Shown: piece after piece, positions 12,626 through 26,032 of the stretch
Position numbering within the stretch: position 1 is the stretch's first letter
How the letters are laid out: every line of letters starts with the position of its first letter
From: Callorhinchus milii
Taxonomy: Eukaryota
DNA length: 64,000 nt
Assembly: GCF_018977255.1 (NCBI RefSeq)
Contig: NW_024704743.1
Location: forward strand, 18,540,001 to 18,604,000
Direction: 5' to 3'
Made by a program: the position numbers and the translations under genes
Notes under the pieces: generated by a model
Databases searched by the model: none
What the model was told of the DNA's origin: nothing
Seen by the model: only the letters and a program-made list of their open reading frames with translations

Positions 12626-14100
12626 AGGGTACTGCTGGAGTCTAACCAGCTAAAACTGCATAGCTTGCCATTGAAAGCACAGCCTTGCAAATTTTCTACC
12701 TTACCAGTTGGGGCTTTGGCTTTCAGAAATAATGGGAACTGAGTGGGAAGTCCCTGCCTCTTGTGACTGGTCTGCCTCGATGAGCCAGGCTGAGTAGGCT
12801 GTCATCAGCAGTGCCTTGGAGTACTGCAGCCTTGCCTGGCTCAAGAACTGGACTACCAAGATCACTGCAGACCTCGTGCAGCTCCGCGGAGACATGACAT
12901 CTAAAAGATGTCCACCTGACCAAAGAAAATTATTGCCTCACACTGTTTTATATAGTGAGTAATAAGTCAACTTGTTCTATGAGTGATAAGATTCTAAACC
13001 AAGATTTTCTTCAATGTTAGGAGAAACTTAACAGGATGACCCTTCAATGTAGTACTGGGGGGATTCAGCTTTGACAGAAATGCTGTCCTTTGAATGTTAT
13101 GTTAAACAAAGGTTTAATCTGTCTGGTCTGGACGAGGATGTTAAAGATCGCATTACATTATTTGAAAAAATAAGTTTTTCCTGTTGTCCAACAATTCTGC
13201 AAATCAATTGTTCATTGACCTAATCACTGTTTTGTGGGATTTTGCTGCTCACAAAATGGGAAATCAGATGTTTGGAAATAACCTCAGCATGCCTTTCACA
13301 CTGGCAGGAGCTCTCAAAGGGCTTTGCAAGATTTACTGTAAAGTGTAATTACTGCATTTTTAGGGCGAAAATGGCAGCCAATTTGTGCCCAATAATGCCC
13401 TACAGAGAGCCACAAAGTGAATGATTGATTTTATCTGGGGAATTATTGGTCAGGACAACCTAAGAAACATTTTTCTCTTTTTGAATAGTGCCATGGGAAC
13501 TGTAACATCCATCTTAACAGGCAGATGGGACCTCAGTTTAAAAGAGCACCTCCAACAATAAAGCATACCCCCAGCACTGTACTGGAGGGTCAGCCTGGAC
13601 TGTGTAATTTCAAAGTTCAAAGTCCCATCTGTTCCCCCATCACTGCATCAAGCTGCTTTTTTAAATGAAGCCACTGTCCTTGCCTCTACCACCTTTCTTG
13701 GCAATCTGTTCCAGATGTTGATTACCTACTGAGTAAAGAAAAAGACATTGACAACACAGCACAGAAACAGGCCATTTGGTCAACAGTCCTTGTCGGTGTT
13801 TATACTCCATATGAATTTGCACCCACTCCCTACTCCCTTCCATATCCCTCTATTCCCTTCTCCCTCGTGTATATCCAGCTTCTGTACTAAATGCATCTGC
13901 ACTATCTATTTTTATCCAACGTTTCGGGCAGGGAGTTCCACATCTGAAGTAGATGGGTCACTAAAAGCTTGCATTGCATTTCTTTTCCTGCCTCTGCTCC
14001 CCAGCACACACACTCATCACACAATCTTAATGTATACATAATCAGTCTTAACATTGTTTGTATATGATTTCGTAAGGTTTTGAAAAAAAATCTGTTTGAC

Positions 14101-14199
14101 CTCTTAGGCGTAAGAGTAAGCAACTTGCTGAGCTCCACACACTCTGGTGGATTTGCCTTTTGAGTAGCTAAGATTTGTCTTATTTGCTCCTTATTGACC
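14101..14199 (-). CDS. ST8SIA6: ST8SIA6-like copy A exon 2 (99 nt, stem)
   Basis: ttgttacag|G GTC AAT... = VNKEQIRQILATQKANPPECVELSKLLTLTPK(R), weak donor |gtcaaa, phase 2-2. Paralog at 39593-39706. Confidence 0.82.
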
Positions 14200-14596
14200 C
14201 TGTAACAAAAGAGTAAACAGTGATCAAAAGAGATTTTATGAACAATAATAACACTTGCCATAGCTCCTTTCACACCAGGTTGACAACTTAAAGCTCTTCA
14301 CAGAATTTACTGCAAAGTTTATTACCTGTGTATTTTGTAAGCAAATAATACAGAAGATTTTTCAATGCAGGCTTTTCATCTCCTTGCTATTAAGCTAGGT
14401 ATTGAATGATGGGCACAGCTAGGTCCAAACAATAGCAATATAATGAAAAACAGGAAGAGCAGCTTATCGGTATCGCTGACATTTAGCTCCAGTCACATGC
14501 AAATCACTCACATGCAGAAAGTAGGATTTTAACAGTACAATTATGCCTCTTTCGTCAACATCTTTTTGTTTGGTAAAAGCTGTTTTATTCACCTAC

Positions 14597-15140
14597 TACA
14601 ACAACAACAAAATGACATTTGTATAGTACCTTTCACGTCGGGAGGACGTCCCAAGGCATTGGACAGTCAGTGTTTCGGACTTGAACTGGGGCTTGGGATC
14701 AGGGAGGGTGGAGGGCAGTGGGGGAAGGAGGGTCATTGAAGGCACGGTCGAAGAGGAGGGTCTTGAGATGCGTCTTGAAGGAGGCAAGGGAGGGGGCGAG
14801 GCGGAGGGACTGCGCTATGTTCCAGAGTGTGGGGGTAGAATGGCTGAAGGCCCGCCCGCCAATGGTGGGACAGGCAAGGCGGAGGGAGCGGGTAATATGG
14901 TAAGGTTTAGGAGGTCGCAGAGGTAGGGTGAGCGAGGTCATGGAGAACCTTGAAGGTGAGGACCAGGATCTTGAACTGTATCCTCTGTGTGATGAAAAGC
15001 CAGTGGAGTCGGGTGACAGAGGCTGACAGAGTCATGGAGCCTGGTGTGGGAGAGGAACCAGGCTGCAGAGTTCCAGATGATCTGCAGCCTTTGGAGGGAG
15101 GAGTTGGGGAGGCCGACAAGTAATGAGTTTGCATAGTCAG
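14597..15140 (-). mobile_element. L2 LINE 3' fragment
   Basis: LHWL..RIQFKILVLTFK, GGRAFS...LWN...FKTHLKTLLF and the L2 tail. Confidence 0.85.
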
Positions 15141-15704
15141 ATCGTTAGCCAATTTGCACATAGCAGTATCCCAGAAACCGCAATGAAATGAAAGCCCAAT
15201 TTTATTTGGGGATTATTGGCCAGGACATTACATTACATACTAGACACAGAAGGAGATTTAATTTGCATTCATTTTCAGCTGTAAACTAAAGCATTTATGT
15301 GGAAATATGGCACTGGGGAAAATCTACCAGAACTGTGCCAGGAAGTGTAGTTTTTCCATAACCCCAACTTTGCTTCCTATTTACACACATTTTTGTTTTA
15401 AGGATTACATTTTTTAGAGATTATTTTCTAATGTGAATTTTAAAAAAAAACTTATTTTGAGGAAACATTAATATCCCTAAATTCTCTATGGTACAGTCTA
15501 AAAGCAACATAACATTACAATAACACAGAACAGCTAAATATTCATGTACGATTGCTTTTTTTTCTCTGAAAGCACTTCTGTTACAAATCACTCCTGCATA
15601 GATCTAAACAATTTGAATTGTTGAGTTTAGTTGTCAATTTTACAACATTGTCCCTCTGCATTTAAACAAACTCTACATTTTAACATTGAAAAAGTAAAAT
15701 ATAC

Positions 15705-15817
15705 CTGATGTAACTTAAACTGAAAGTCTTCACATCAGTTCGATTCATCAAGTTGAAGATCAAGCCAAAAAGAAAAATAATTCCTGTCACAATGACAAAA
15801 TAACTCCATAATTTCAT
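15705..15817 (-). CDS. ST8SIA6: ST8SIA6-like copy A first coding exon (proximal exon 1b; type II signal anchor)
   Basis: gcaacATG start, MKLWSYFVIVTGIIFLFGLIFNLMNRTDVKTFSLSYI(R) with a hydrophobic TM. Phase-2 donor AG|gtatat is compatible with exon 2. Confidence 0.85.
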
Positions 15818-17391
15818 GTTGCACACCGTGTAATATTTCAACAGCAAATTAAATCAATTATCTAATGACTGAGTGTGTGCAGCACATCGTTCATACACAC
15901 AAGACTTATCAGAGAGCTTTACGGAGCATCCTGTTAGAACTGAAACTGAAAACAAAACTCATCTTGAGGGGAAGTGTACTTATCTTTTTCCTTGAGTTCA
16001 TAATAGAACTCATTTGCAGGCATACAAATGTGGCTGTCTAAAAATGTGGCTGTTCCTTGATAGGGCCATATGTAGGGGTGAGCGTATACAACAACAACAA
16101 CAGCTTGCACTGATGACCTATTGAATCTGGTCAAGCACTTAAAGAAACATGTTATGAGTTTCCTCACTCACAACCCTTTTTGAGGAAAGAGGCTCCCTGA
16201 AATGTCGGTCTCCAGGATTTCTATTCATCCAAACAAGAGTCAAAAGGTATGGTTGTTGTGGGTAAACAGCTCCTGCCATGGTTGAGATACCTATCTTTTA
16301 CATCACCAGAAGTTCTTTTCTTCTGATGGGAAAAAAAAGGAATTAAAGAATGTAGGGTTAGAGTTAGGAGCTGCACCTTTTTTAGGTCACATAGTTAAGT
16401 GTGTGGGTGGGATGGTGTGGAGAGCAACATATGGGTCTGAAATACTGGTAGAACAACAACAACAACAAGATTACATTTGTATAGCACCTTTCACATCGGG
16501 AGGATGTCCCAAGGTGCTGGACAGAGTATAGTATTTCAAACCCGAGCTGGGGTCATGGGGAGAGAAGGAAGGAGAGGGGAAGGGGCGTTACCTTAAGACT
16601 GCTCTTTTAGAAATCCACAAAGTTTATATTCTAAATTAAATGGAAAATGTGCAGAGCATACTGAGGTTGAATCAGAAAAACAGGCTAAGACTCGGTAGAC
16701 TTTCAGACCTCAGTTTCCATATCTAATAATAATAATCCTTGTATTTGATATAACATCTCATCACATCGTCGAGACGTCTCAAAGTGCTTCATAGAATATG
16801 CTGTAAAGTGAATTGACTGTGTATTTTGTGGGCAAACCGCAGCAGTCAATCGCGCAGAGCAGTGTCCCACAGACAGTTGTGGATTGAGTGACCAAATTAT
16901 TATTTTTTTATTGTTATTTATTATTCTTTAAAAACAGGATTATTACCTCTGGAAAAGTGAGCCGCCAATCAAATAACAACCAGGTTCCTACTTACTGCTA
17001 GGTAAAGAGAGGAGTGTGGAGTAAGGAAACTTTTCATTTTGCCCTGCCTGGGAATCAAACCTAGGTCCTCTCGCTTGCAAGGTGAATGCTCTAACCACTA
17101 AGCTCCACATATTATTATTATTATTATATAACAAGATCACAACATTTGGGATTGGATGAAGAAGGCCCTTCTTATCTCATCCCTTCAGAATACCCACCAC
17201 ACTTGAAACTGCTTTCCAAATTAATCCAGTATTAATTACCTTCTGGTATCTGCCCTGAAATTGTCTTTTGGAAGGACACCTCTAAACCTATGCCCTCTTT
17301 TGCTACAGTTTTTGTGCCTCCTCAAGTATTGATTGGTGTTTAACATTTTACATACCTCCACAAGATGCCCTGAGATGCCACCACCACCCTT

Positions 17392-17430
17392 CACACACAC
17401 ACACACACATACACAAACACACACACACAC
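17392..17430. repeat. Imperfect (CA)n microsatellite
   Basis: Seen directly. Confidence 0.9.
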
Positions 17431-19099
17431 GTTTTATACTTCTTGGCAGTTCTGACTGTACAATGGGACCAACTGACATTTATCCATTGACCTTGACCTT
17501 GCCCGACTCAACTGGCTTCCCATCACTCAGAGGATACAGTTCAAGATCCTCTGGAACCCCACCTCTGGTCCAAAATACTGACTGTCCAGCACCTTGGGAC
17601 GTCCTCCCGACGTGAAAGGCGCTTTACAAATGTAATTTTGTTGTTGTTATGTAAATTGCACGTGTTTGGACATTGTTGACAACAGCAAAAAGCCTCAGCT
17701 CTAATGTCTTCCACAATCAATTTGTTTTCCAATACTCCCTTCACTAAATTCTACCTCATACCTTTGAAGTATAAATGCAATATTATGTGGCCTCAAAAAA
17801 AGCAACAAAAGGTAAAAAGATTTTTTTCTGTACAGAATGGTGTAATTACACCAATTTCACCTGAGCTCACTGCTAACTGTTTTTCTACATTGGTTTTAAA
17901 TTAGTTCCACATTTTAACGTTTTTATGGCAACAACAAATGTCACCAATAGTTAAGGACTGTGTATTTTTATGCTTTTAAAGTGCAAAACCTATCAAATAA
18001 TTGCAGCAAATTAGAACTAAATTGAATATAATTCTGGAATACAGCAGTTAACAGGTTTAACAAGCTGTTAATTTGTAGGCAGTTAATTAACACCCATGAG
18101 CTAAGACAGATGCTACAGCACATGGTACTGTATATCGGATAACAGTGTTGTAAGCAATATTGTTACTATATCAAATGATGAGAATGACTTGTAGAGGCTG
18201 TTGTGCTGGGGTTCAAAATATTTCTGAAGCACTTTACTAAAATAACTTTACTGGAGAACAATGTATATATTACAATACACAACGTGATTGTATTAGTTTT
18301 TTTTGGGTGCAATGTGTAAGAAATGTGCTTATCACAGCTGTAGCTCTCTTGTTAATTATTGATGTAACGGACCTGCATTGTTTTAATCAAATTCAGCTCA
18401 TGGATACCGTACCCAAGGGCGGTCTCAGCTTGTTCAAACCAACCTGTAAACAACTATCGGACTTGTGAGTATGTGCAGCTTCGCACAGACCATCCATCGT
18501 GATGTTAAAAAGAGACAATGATAAAAGAGGTATAGCTAAGCTATGCTTTGGTCAGTCAGAATTGGTCATATGAGCTATACAAATGTAATTTGTTGTTGCT
18601 GTTGTCGTCATGGTATTTGGACTGAGGTGGTGAGAGCAAGTGCATCTTTCACTTCCCATGCTCTGTGACAGCGCCACCGGATCTTGATTGTTCCTGTTAT
18701 TTCAGCGACATGAGAAGAAAATGAAAGAGAAGAATGACAAAATAGGAATTCAGCTGAAAAGAGAGAAGGATTTTTGTTTGCTTAATTCAATGTTATCATC
18801 AGCCTACCAATTCCACAGATAATGCACACTCATCTCAGAGAAACTAGAAGGAAGAGATCTTGAAATTTTTCACCTGTTGCTTATGAATTTATGAACTTTG
18901 ATATTGCCATTACAGTAACATTGCTGTACACTTGAGTATAACAGCCAATATTGTTGGTGTTAACGTGTCTATTGGTACTATGTTTATTGAACTAATGCAA
19001 CTATTCTGCCATATTAATTAAACAAGCTTTGAATATAAAACACAGGTGACTTTGGTTCCTCTGTTCACGAATTCTAATATATAAATTCCGGCAAACAGA

Positions 19100-21530
19100 A
19101 TAAGATGGTCTTTCAGATTTCAACACTGGAGAACTCCACTGCTAATCGTACATTGGAACCCAACATTTTGGGACCCCAGATGAACCAAAGTTCACAGATA
19201 AGAATATAAAAAAATGCTGGGTGTCAAATGGGAGGTGTGTTACAAAAGTGTTAACGCACTTAAGTTTATAAAAGCGTCAATACGTCAACTGTCACAAAGT
19301 TAAGGAGTCCTGGGTCCATGGCTGATCTCAAAGGGTATTATTAATTTGTAACCTGCACTGGAGGAATGCTGAATATGATACATGAGTTAATCAGTGAAGC
19401 TTCAGAAGGCTTAAAACGAAGCAAAGAACTAGAATAAGTAAAAAAAAAACTAATATTTATTAAGAATTAATAATAATAATCCTTGCATTTCTTATAGCCC
19501 CTGATCATGTTGTTGAGATGTCTCAAAGAACTTCACAAAGCAGTGACTGTGTATTTGGTGGCGAAATGTGACAGTCAATTGCAAATAGCACCCTCTTGAA
19601 CATAAGGTTGGAATCTTCTCAAATTGAGTCAATGACAAATTGAGTATGGTTAAACATGACAATTCCCAATTGCAAGAAGACAATGGCCAATTGCAAGGCA
19701 AGATAGATCAGTACTAGGCAAAGATAATCGCTGCAGATGATCGAGTACAAGCTCGGAGCAGTGAGTTAGGAAAATAATTGCTGACTGAGCGGGCCTTAAG
19801 AGAACCTCAAAGTTCAAATTTAGTGACTGGATCCGAAATACCTATACCAGATGCTGCCGCTGCTTTTATGCATCCCTCAAATGAATTAAAATATGTAGTC
19901 TCTAATGCTGGAATATTTAAGCCTGAAAAACAATCATGTTTTATGCATCTGAGATGTGTGCAGAGTGCTTGTCAATTATATGGGATCCTTGATGAAATGA
20001 ACAAACTTGTGGTTCTCCAAATGACACTGCCGTTAACCCTCTGGCATCAGTTACCTGTCAGACTATGCTCTGATGATCTAAATTATCAGGAAGTTTTTAC
20101 AGAACTGCAGACGCTCTGTAGTACAAGAACTTATAGAACTGCTTTGCCTCTGTTTACCAAGCAGGAATCTAATGTTCACCCTCAGGGTTTCTTAGAACGA
20201 TTTACTGATGTGTATACTTCTGGAAGCACCCAGAGGATCTTTATTTAAGCGATTATTATGAAGTAATCTAAGCTCTCCTATTAAAAGGCTAAATAGACAG
20301 GATTGTTACCTGTTGGAAAGTATAGTTAAGCTGCGATCAGATTTTTCTGAATATTATGATTAAGGAAGAAGAAAGGAAGCAGTCTAAGGAGGAACTTTCC
20401 TCGCTCTAAATCAGACAAGAATGAAGTAAATTTTGTACAAGGGACCTCGTGTAGTAGATGGATCAGACCCTCCACAAACTCAAAGGTGGAGAGAAATATT
20501 TAGGGGTTCACGGGAACAGTCCTGAGATTTTGATACCAGGAGTAATAGTCAATGATCATCGGGGTGCGATGAGTACGGTCCATTGGAAGTAGCTATGTAG
20601 GTTATAAGAGCACAATGGATAACCAGTCATCAAAATAAAGGAAGAAGAGGTAGAGGAAATTTTAGTGGTCAAACTTGTGGAGGTCCACAAGGTGTTACGT
20701 TTGACTCTAATCTCCTACCGATGAATATTTTGAATCAGGTACCAGACCTAAACCGGTATCAAAGGTATTGTGGCCAAACTTATGTGATTAATATTGAACC
20801 ATATGGTAAAGAGTCTGCAGCTCTGAGAGATTCTGGAGAAGCCATATCACTGATGTCACACGAGTTGCTGCTGTAGAATTTCATCCTGTATTATCATAGA
20901 GGCAACCTTGCCCCGCTGGACGTATTTAGTGGGACTCAACAGATGCCATAAGGGAAGGTACAGTTTTAAGTTCTTTTGGTTCCTATCGGGAACATTATTT
21001 TTAGATCAGATGTTTTAACCACTCTGGGATGTGTCACAGACTTCCCCATATTTTATGGCAACAGGATGAATTGAGGTTAATACTCCGGCTAATGCCCAGA
21101 GTGATGATTACTGTCCTTTGTCAGTGCTATACAAGCGCAATTTGCTGTTGTTAGTATCACTGAACTATCCCTGATGATTCTCAATGATAAGGGATATGTA
21201 ATTATTGTTTAATACCAAGAATTTTACAACATTTCTGAAAAATCTCTGCTGTGAAATGTGAGCTTCTATCCTAGTCTATGGGACAGTGGGAAACCCCAAT
21301 TAGTAAATTCTTGCGCCACCAAGACTCTGACCATTGTAAATGCTGAATTATCCCAGTAGGAATTGCCCCTATCCAATTAGAAAAAGAGACAATTATAACA
21401 AGGCTAAATGTATCCCCATTAGCTGTGGTTGGTAATGGACCTGTTTAATCAATTTGAATGTGAGACTATGGTCCGTCCTTTGGTACAGAACATAGAGGAG
21501 CTTCTGATCTTCTACGTATCGGATTATTTT
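19100..21530 (+). mobile_element. Highly decayed LTR-retroelement-like relic (gag-like ORF plus aspartic protease remnant)
   Basis: 156-aa ORF 19778..20248 extends upstream in frame through stops. YVINIEPYGKESAALRDSGEAISLM at ~20781-20855 resembles the retropepsin L-x-D-S-G-A motif. Boundaries uncertain and no LTR pair identified. Confidence 0.5.
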
Positions 21531-23399
21531 GCACACACAACAAACAATTTCACAGTATCTCCAAATATTTCTTGCGATTTTCGGCCATCACTGAAGTCCT
21601 CAAGCTCAGTAGTTAGCGCACTCCCCTCACAAGCGAGAGGACCTGGGTTTTATTCCCAGCAGGGAAAATCGTTGAGTAAGTTTCCTTATACTGTAAAATT
21701 AATTGACTGTATATTTGTGGGTGAAATGTGGCAGCCAATTGTGCACAGCAGAGTCCCACAAACAGTCATGGATTGAGTGACCAAATTATTATTATTATTT
21801 ATTTTACTTTTTTGAGGGATAATTAGCCCCAGAAAAGAATTCCGTCAATCGACTAACAATTGGGTTCCTACTTACTGCTACGTAAACAGAGGCATATGGA
21901 GTAAGGAAACTTGCCCAACATTTTGCCCCACCTCTCTTTTAGCAATAATATCCATGATTGATGATGAATATTTATATAGACCCAGGTATTAATCGGGTTG
22001 CATTTAAAAACAAAGAGGGCGAGACAATTGAATAGTGTTAAACCCTGTAATAGCTGTAAAGTGTTTAATCGCCCATACTGCAACAAGAAGATGTTTCTCA
22101 CATGTGTTCAATTTCATTTCTACTGGAGTACGGACTCGACTGGTATAAGCAATTGCTCACCCTTGGTCGTGTACTGTCTGTGAAAGGACTGCAGAATTAT
22201 GTGTATCAGAGCACTGTGGGGGGCGATGTATAAATGCAAGTTGTTGTTGTAAAGTGAAAAGGTTTTGAGAGATCTAGAATAGCTAAGCAAGCAGCAGTGG
22301 TTAGAGTCTTTTTCAGCTGCTGTACAGCTCCAATCTGTGCTTCATTCAACTCTCACAGAATATTTTGCTTTAACAATTTAAAAGTAATAATAATAATCCT
22401 TGAATTTGATATAGCGCTTTATCATGGCTTTCAGACGTCTCAGAGCTCCTCACAAAATATACTGTAAAGTGAATTGACTGTATGTATTTTGTGGGAATAT
22501 ACAGCAGCCTATTGCACACAGCACTGTTCCACAAACAGTTGTGGATTGAGTGACCAAATTATTATTATTTTTTTGAAGGGATTAATACTCCTGGAAAAGC
22601 GATCCGCCAATTGCCTAATAACTGTTTCCTACTTACTGCTAGGTAAACAGAGGCGCATGAAGTAAGTAAACTTGCCTAATGTTTAGCCCTGCCCGGGAAT
22701 CAAACCCAAGTCCTCTCGCTTGTGAGATGAGTGCTCCAACCAATACATTACAGTTTGTACAAAGGCCTCGCATGTTCGGCAAAATTTGGGACGAACTGAA
22801 GAGAAAATTCTGAATTACCATTCTGAAAATGGAACAAAGAGAAGTCAAATCCACTAGTTCTGGGATTATTAAAATAGTTTCCATCCAACCCAAAACGATC
22901 ACCCCAGGTGGTTTACTTTGTAAGTGGACAGGTTGGTTAGTATGTCACGAAGGTAGGGCGGAACAAGGTTGTGGAGGGCTTTGAAGTTGAGGACCAGGAT
23001 CTTGAACTGTATCCTCCGAGTGATGGGGAGCCAGTGGTGCCGGGCGAGAATGGGGGTGATAGGCTTCCAGAACCTGATGCGACATTGAGTTGCCAAACAT
23101 GGTCGTTGTATTTTACCCTGATCCACGTTTTTCTCATACCTCGGCTTAAATACCCACTGGTTGATGGACTCTCTGGCTCTTCCCCGTACTGATTATTCTG
23201 AACTATGCATCTCATGTCCTCTCCCACACCAAGCTCCGCTATTATATCACGTTGCTCAATTCCACTGGCTCCAATACCCCAGCAGATCAAATTCAAGATC
23301 CTCACGTCAACATCAAATCCCTTCATGATCTCACCACACCCTACCTCTGTAACCCCATCCCCATCCATCTCCTTACCTTCCAGCTCCACCTCCTCACCC

Positions 23400-24500
23400 T
23401 TCTTCTCTCTGACACCATCAATCTCTCCCTTTCATCTGGTACCAAACATTCCCTTCATGAGCCCCTCCAATCGGGGTTCCATGCGACTCACAGCACGGAA
23501 ACTGCTCTGGTCAAGGTGACAAGCGACATTTTGTTCATCTGTGACCAGGGCTCCCTCTGCCTCCTTGTCCTCCTCAACCTCTCTACTGCCTTCGATACTA
23601 TGGACCACTCCATCCTCCTCCACCGTCTCTCCTCTCACCTCAATGTTCAAGGCTCTGACCTTGAATGGTTCAGGTCTTATCTCTCACACCGCCACCAATT
23701 TGTCTCCGTCAATGGTTTCTCTTCCAGCCCTCACACAGTCTCATGTGATGTTTCTTAGGGCTCTGTCCTCAGTCCCCTCCTCTTCAACCTATACATGCTC
23801 CTCCTTAGTGACATCATCCGCAGATATGGGGTCAACTTCTACATGTACGCGGATGAAACCCAACTCTATCTCTTTGCCTCCACCCTAGATTCCAGGACTA
23901 CTGAGGTCCTGACAGATTATTTGTCTGACATCAATAATAATAATAATAATAATAATAATCCTTGCATTTGATATAGCGCTTTTCACGTCGGGAGGACGTC
24001 CCAAAGTGCTTCACAGAACACACCGTAAAGTGAATTGACTGTATATTTGTGGGCGAACGCGGCAGCCAATTGCGCACAGCAATGTCCCACAAACAGTTAT
24101 GGATTGAAAATGACCAATTTATTATTGTTTTTGGTTTTGGAGGGATTATTATTAGGCTCTGTGTGGAGTAAGGAAACTTGCCCAAGGTTTCGCCCTCTGC
24201 CTGGAATTGAACTCAGGTCTCTCGCTTGCAAAGCGAGTGCTCTAACCACTGAGCTACAGGACTCTTCAGTTGTTTTGTATTAACACTCTTCTGTTTTTTT
24301 GTATTAAATACAGGAATGGCTAAAGCCACTTTTTATTGTCTTTCCAGCTGCAATATGAGTAATGGCGTAATCGAGTCCTGGATGAGAGCCAACTTTCTAC
24401 AGCTGAATGTCAGCAAGACTGAGACCCTCCTGATCGGCTCGTGCCAGTGCTTCAGCATCTCAGGAACTGGCAGCATCAGCATCCACGGTTGCATCAGCAT
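23400..24500 (+). mobile_element. L2 RT fragment interrupted by a SINE
   Basis: QSGFHATHSTETALVKV, LLNLSTAFDTMDH, degenerate [23 protein letters not shown]. Confidence 0.88.
23933..24265 (-). mobile_element. Full-length young tRNA-SINE
   Basis: Same family as 10895-11225, long (tta)n tail. Confidence 0.9.
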
Positions 24501-25670
24501 TCCGCATGAAAACGATCACCTGCTCCCTCGAACCCATCCCTAGCCCTTTCCTTACTTCCCAGATCCACCTCCTTGCTCACTGACATCATAAACCTCTCCC
24601 TGTCCTCTGGTAGTTTTCCCTAGCCATTAAAAACTGCCTCCTTCAAGACCCTCCTTTTTGACTGTGCCTTCAGCCAACCTCCTACCTCCTTTATCCTCCC
24701 TCATCCCAACCCTGCCCTCCATGCTCGGGTCCTGATCCCTGACAGTTCAGCGCCTTGGGACGTCCTCCCAGCATGAAAAGGGCTTTACAAATGTAATTTT
24801 ATTGTTGTTGTTGTTCATTCCTACCAATCCAGCCATTCCCTTCTCTCAGTAAACACTGCCTTGCTTCTTGTCCCCTACAGTATTAGCCCACCATCAGAAG
24901 GTGGGCAATCAGCCATTCTATCCCACTCTCTGGAAGTCCAACCCATAATCCCTTCAACTCGCTGACTCCCTCTCCTCATTTCAGTGCTCGTCTCTTTGAC
25001 CACTCTTTTGGTCATCTTTCCTTTCCCCACCCCCTTCAGCTCCCAACCACAGTTCAGGTATGCAGCCAATATTGTCAAGCGGTTCGAGCCATTCTAAATT
25101 CATAAATGACAATTGTATTGTATTATTGTATTATACTTTAAACAAGTTGATAGTTTTCTGTATTTATCAGACACCTGGCTGACCCAAAAAAATTCAGCTT
25201 GAGGCAAATAGTTTGCTGAATCTTTTAAACGGTATTTTGGCTTTGTTCTGAAAGTGCTCAAAATCGCATACATTTACAGTTCTTCAGCTTTCCACCAACC
25301 GTTAATGCTGTGTTTCCTAAGCTCTGAGTCCATTTACAATAATGCGGTGGATCAGGCTACACTTCTCTACTCTTTCAGTACCCCTGCCAGATCAAAGTCC
25401 TGAAGGTGTGCGAAAATAGCTTTGATACAGTTTGCATGCTTATCCTACCTTGACTAAGAATAATTTGCACAAACAGCTTTATACAGTACCTCTGCTACCA
25501 AAACTCACATTGTTCCATGACCAGAAAAAAACAATGCAACATAAAAATTATACTATTGTGCAGTAACCAGTCAACTCCACCAAACGTGTATTCTAACCTT
25601 TTTAGGTAGCAAGCTACAAGAGTTTAAAATTAAATTAAATTTAAAATAACATTTAAAATAAAAAAAGTAT

Positions 25671-26032
25671 CTAAAATATTGTGGCTTAATTGTATTCAAC
25701 CAGCCTGCAAAATAGCCCAAACCAAACAATATGCAAATCCAGGCAGGGCGAAACCTTGGGCAAGTTTCCTTACTCCACACGCCTAATAATAATCCCTCCA
25801 AAAAAACAAAACAATAATAAATTGGTCATTTTCAATCTATGACTGTTTGTGGGACATTGCTGTGCGCAATTGGCTGCCGCGTTCGCCCACAAATATACAG
25901 TCAATTCACTTTACAGTGTGTTCTGTGAAGCGCTTTGGGACGTCCTCCCGACGTGAAAAGCGCTATATCAAATGCAAGGATTATTATTATTATTATATAT
26001 TATATCCAAAACAAAGTCTTCCTCATTGTCAT
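25671..26032 (-). pseudogene. Disrupted distal first exon (1a) of copy A
   Basis: ATG at 26032 gives MTMRKTLFWI then TAA inside an inserted SINE (~25742-26003). It resumes as WICILFGLGYFAGWLNTIKPQYF(R). The donor reads AG|atac versus AG|gtat in copy B. Homolog of 33057-33151. Confidence 0.88.
25742..26003 (+). mobile_element. 5'-truncated young SINE inserted in exon 1a of copy A
   Basis: ggcagggcgaaaccttgggcaag...aaatgcaagga(tta)n, flanked by atcca at 25737-25741 and 26004-26008. Confidence 0.9.

Larger units (their letters stand above)
1..15910. repeat. Outer left arm of inverted segmental duplication (pairs with ~38030-52560)
   Basis: Colinear reverse-complement similarity across exons and introns, e.g. 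3253-3950 vs 47270-47940, 7440-7990 vs 44420-44980, 9480-10860 vs 42390-44110, 14000-14595 vs 39160-39790. Confidence 0.93.

Noticed and set aside
25571..25801. 76-aa ORF as a new SINE-derived membrane protein
   Set aside because: It is a chance fusion of antisense SINE with the broken exon 1a, has a non-ATG start and no splice donor.
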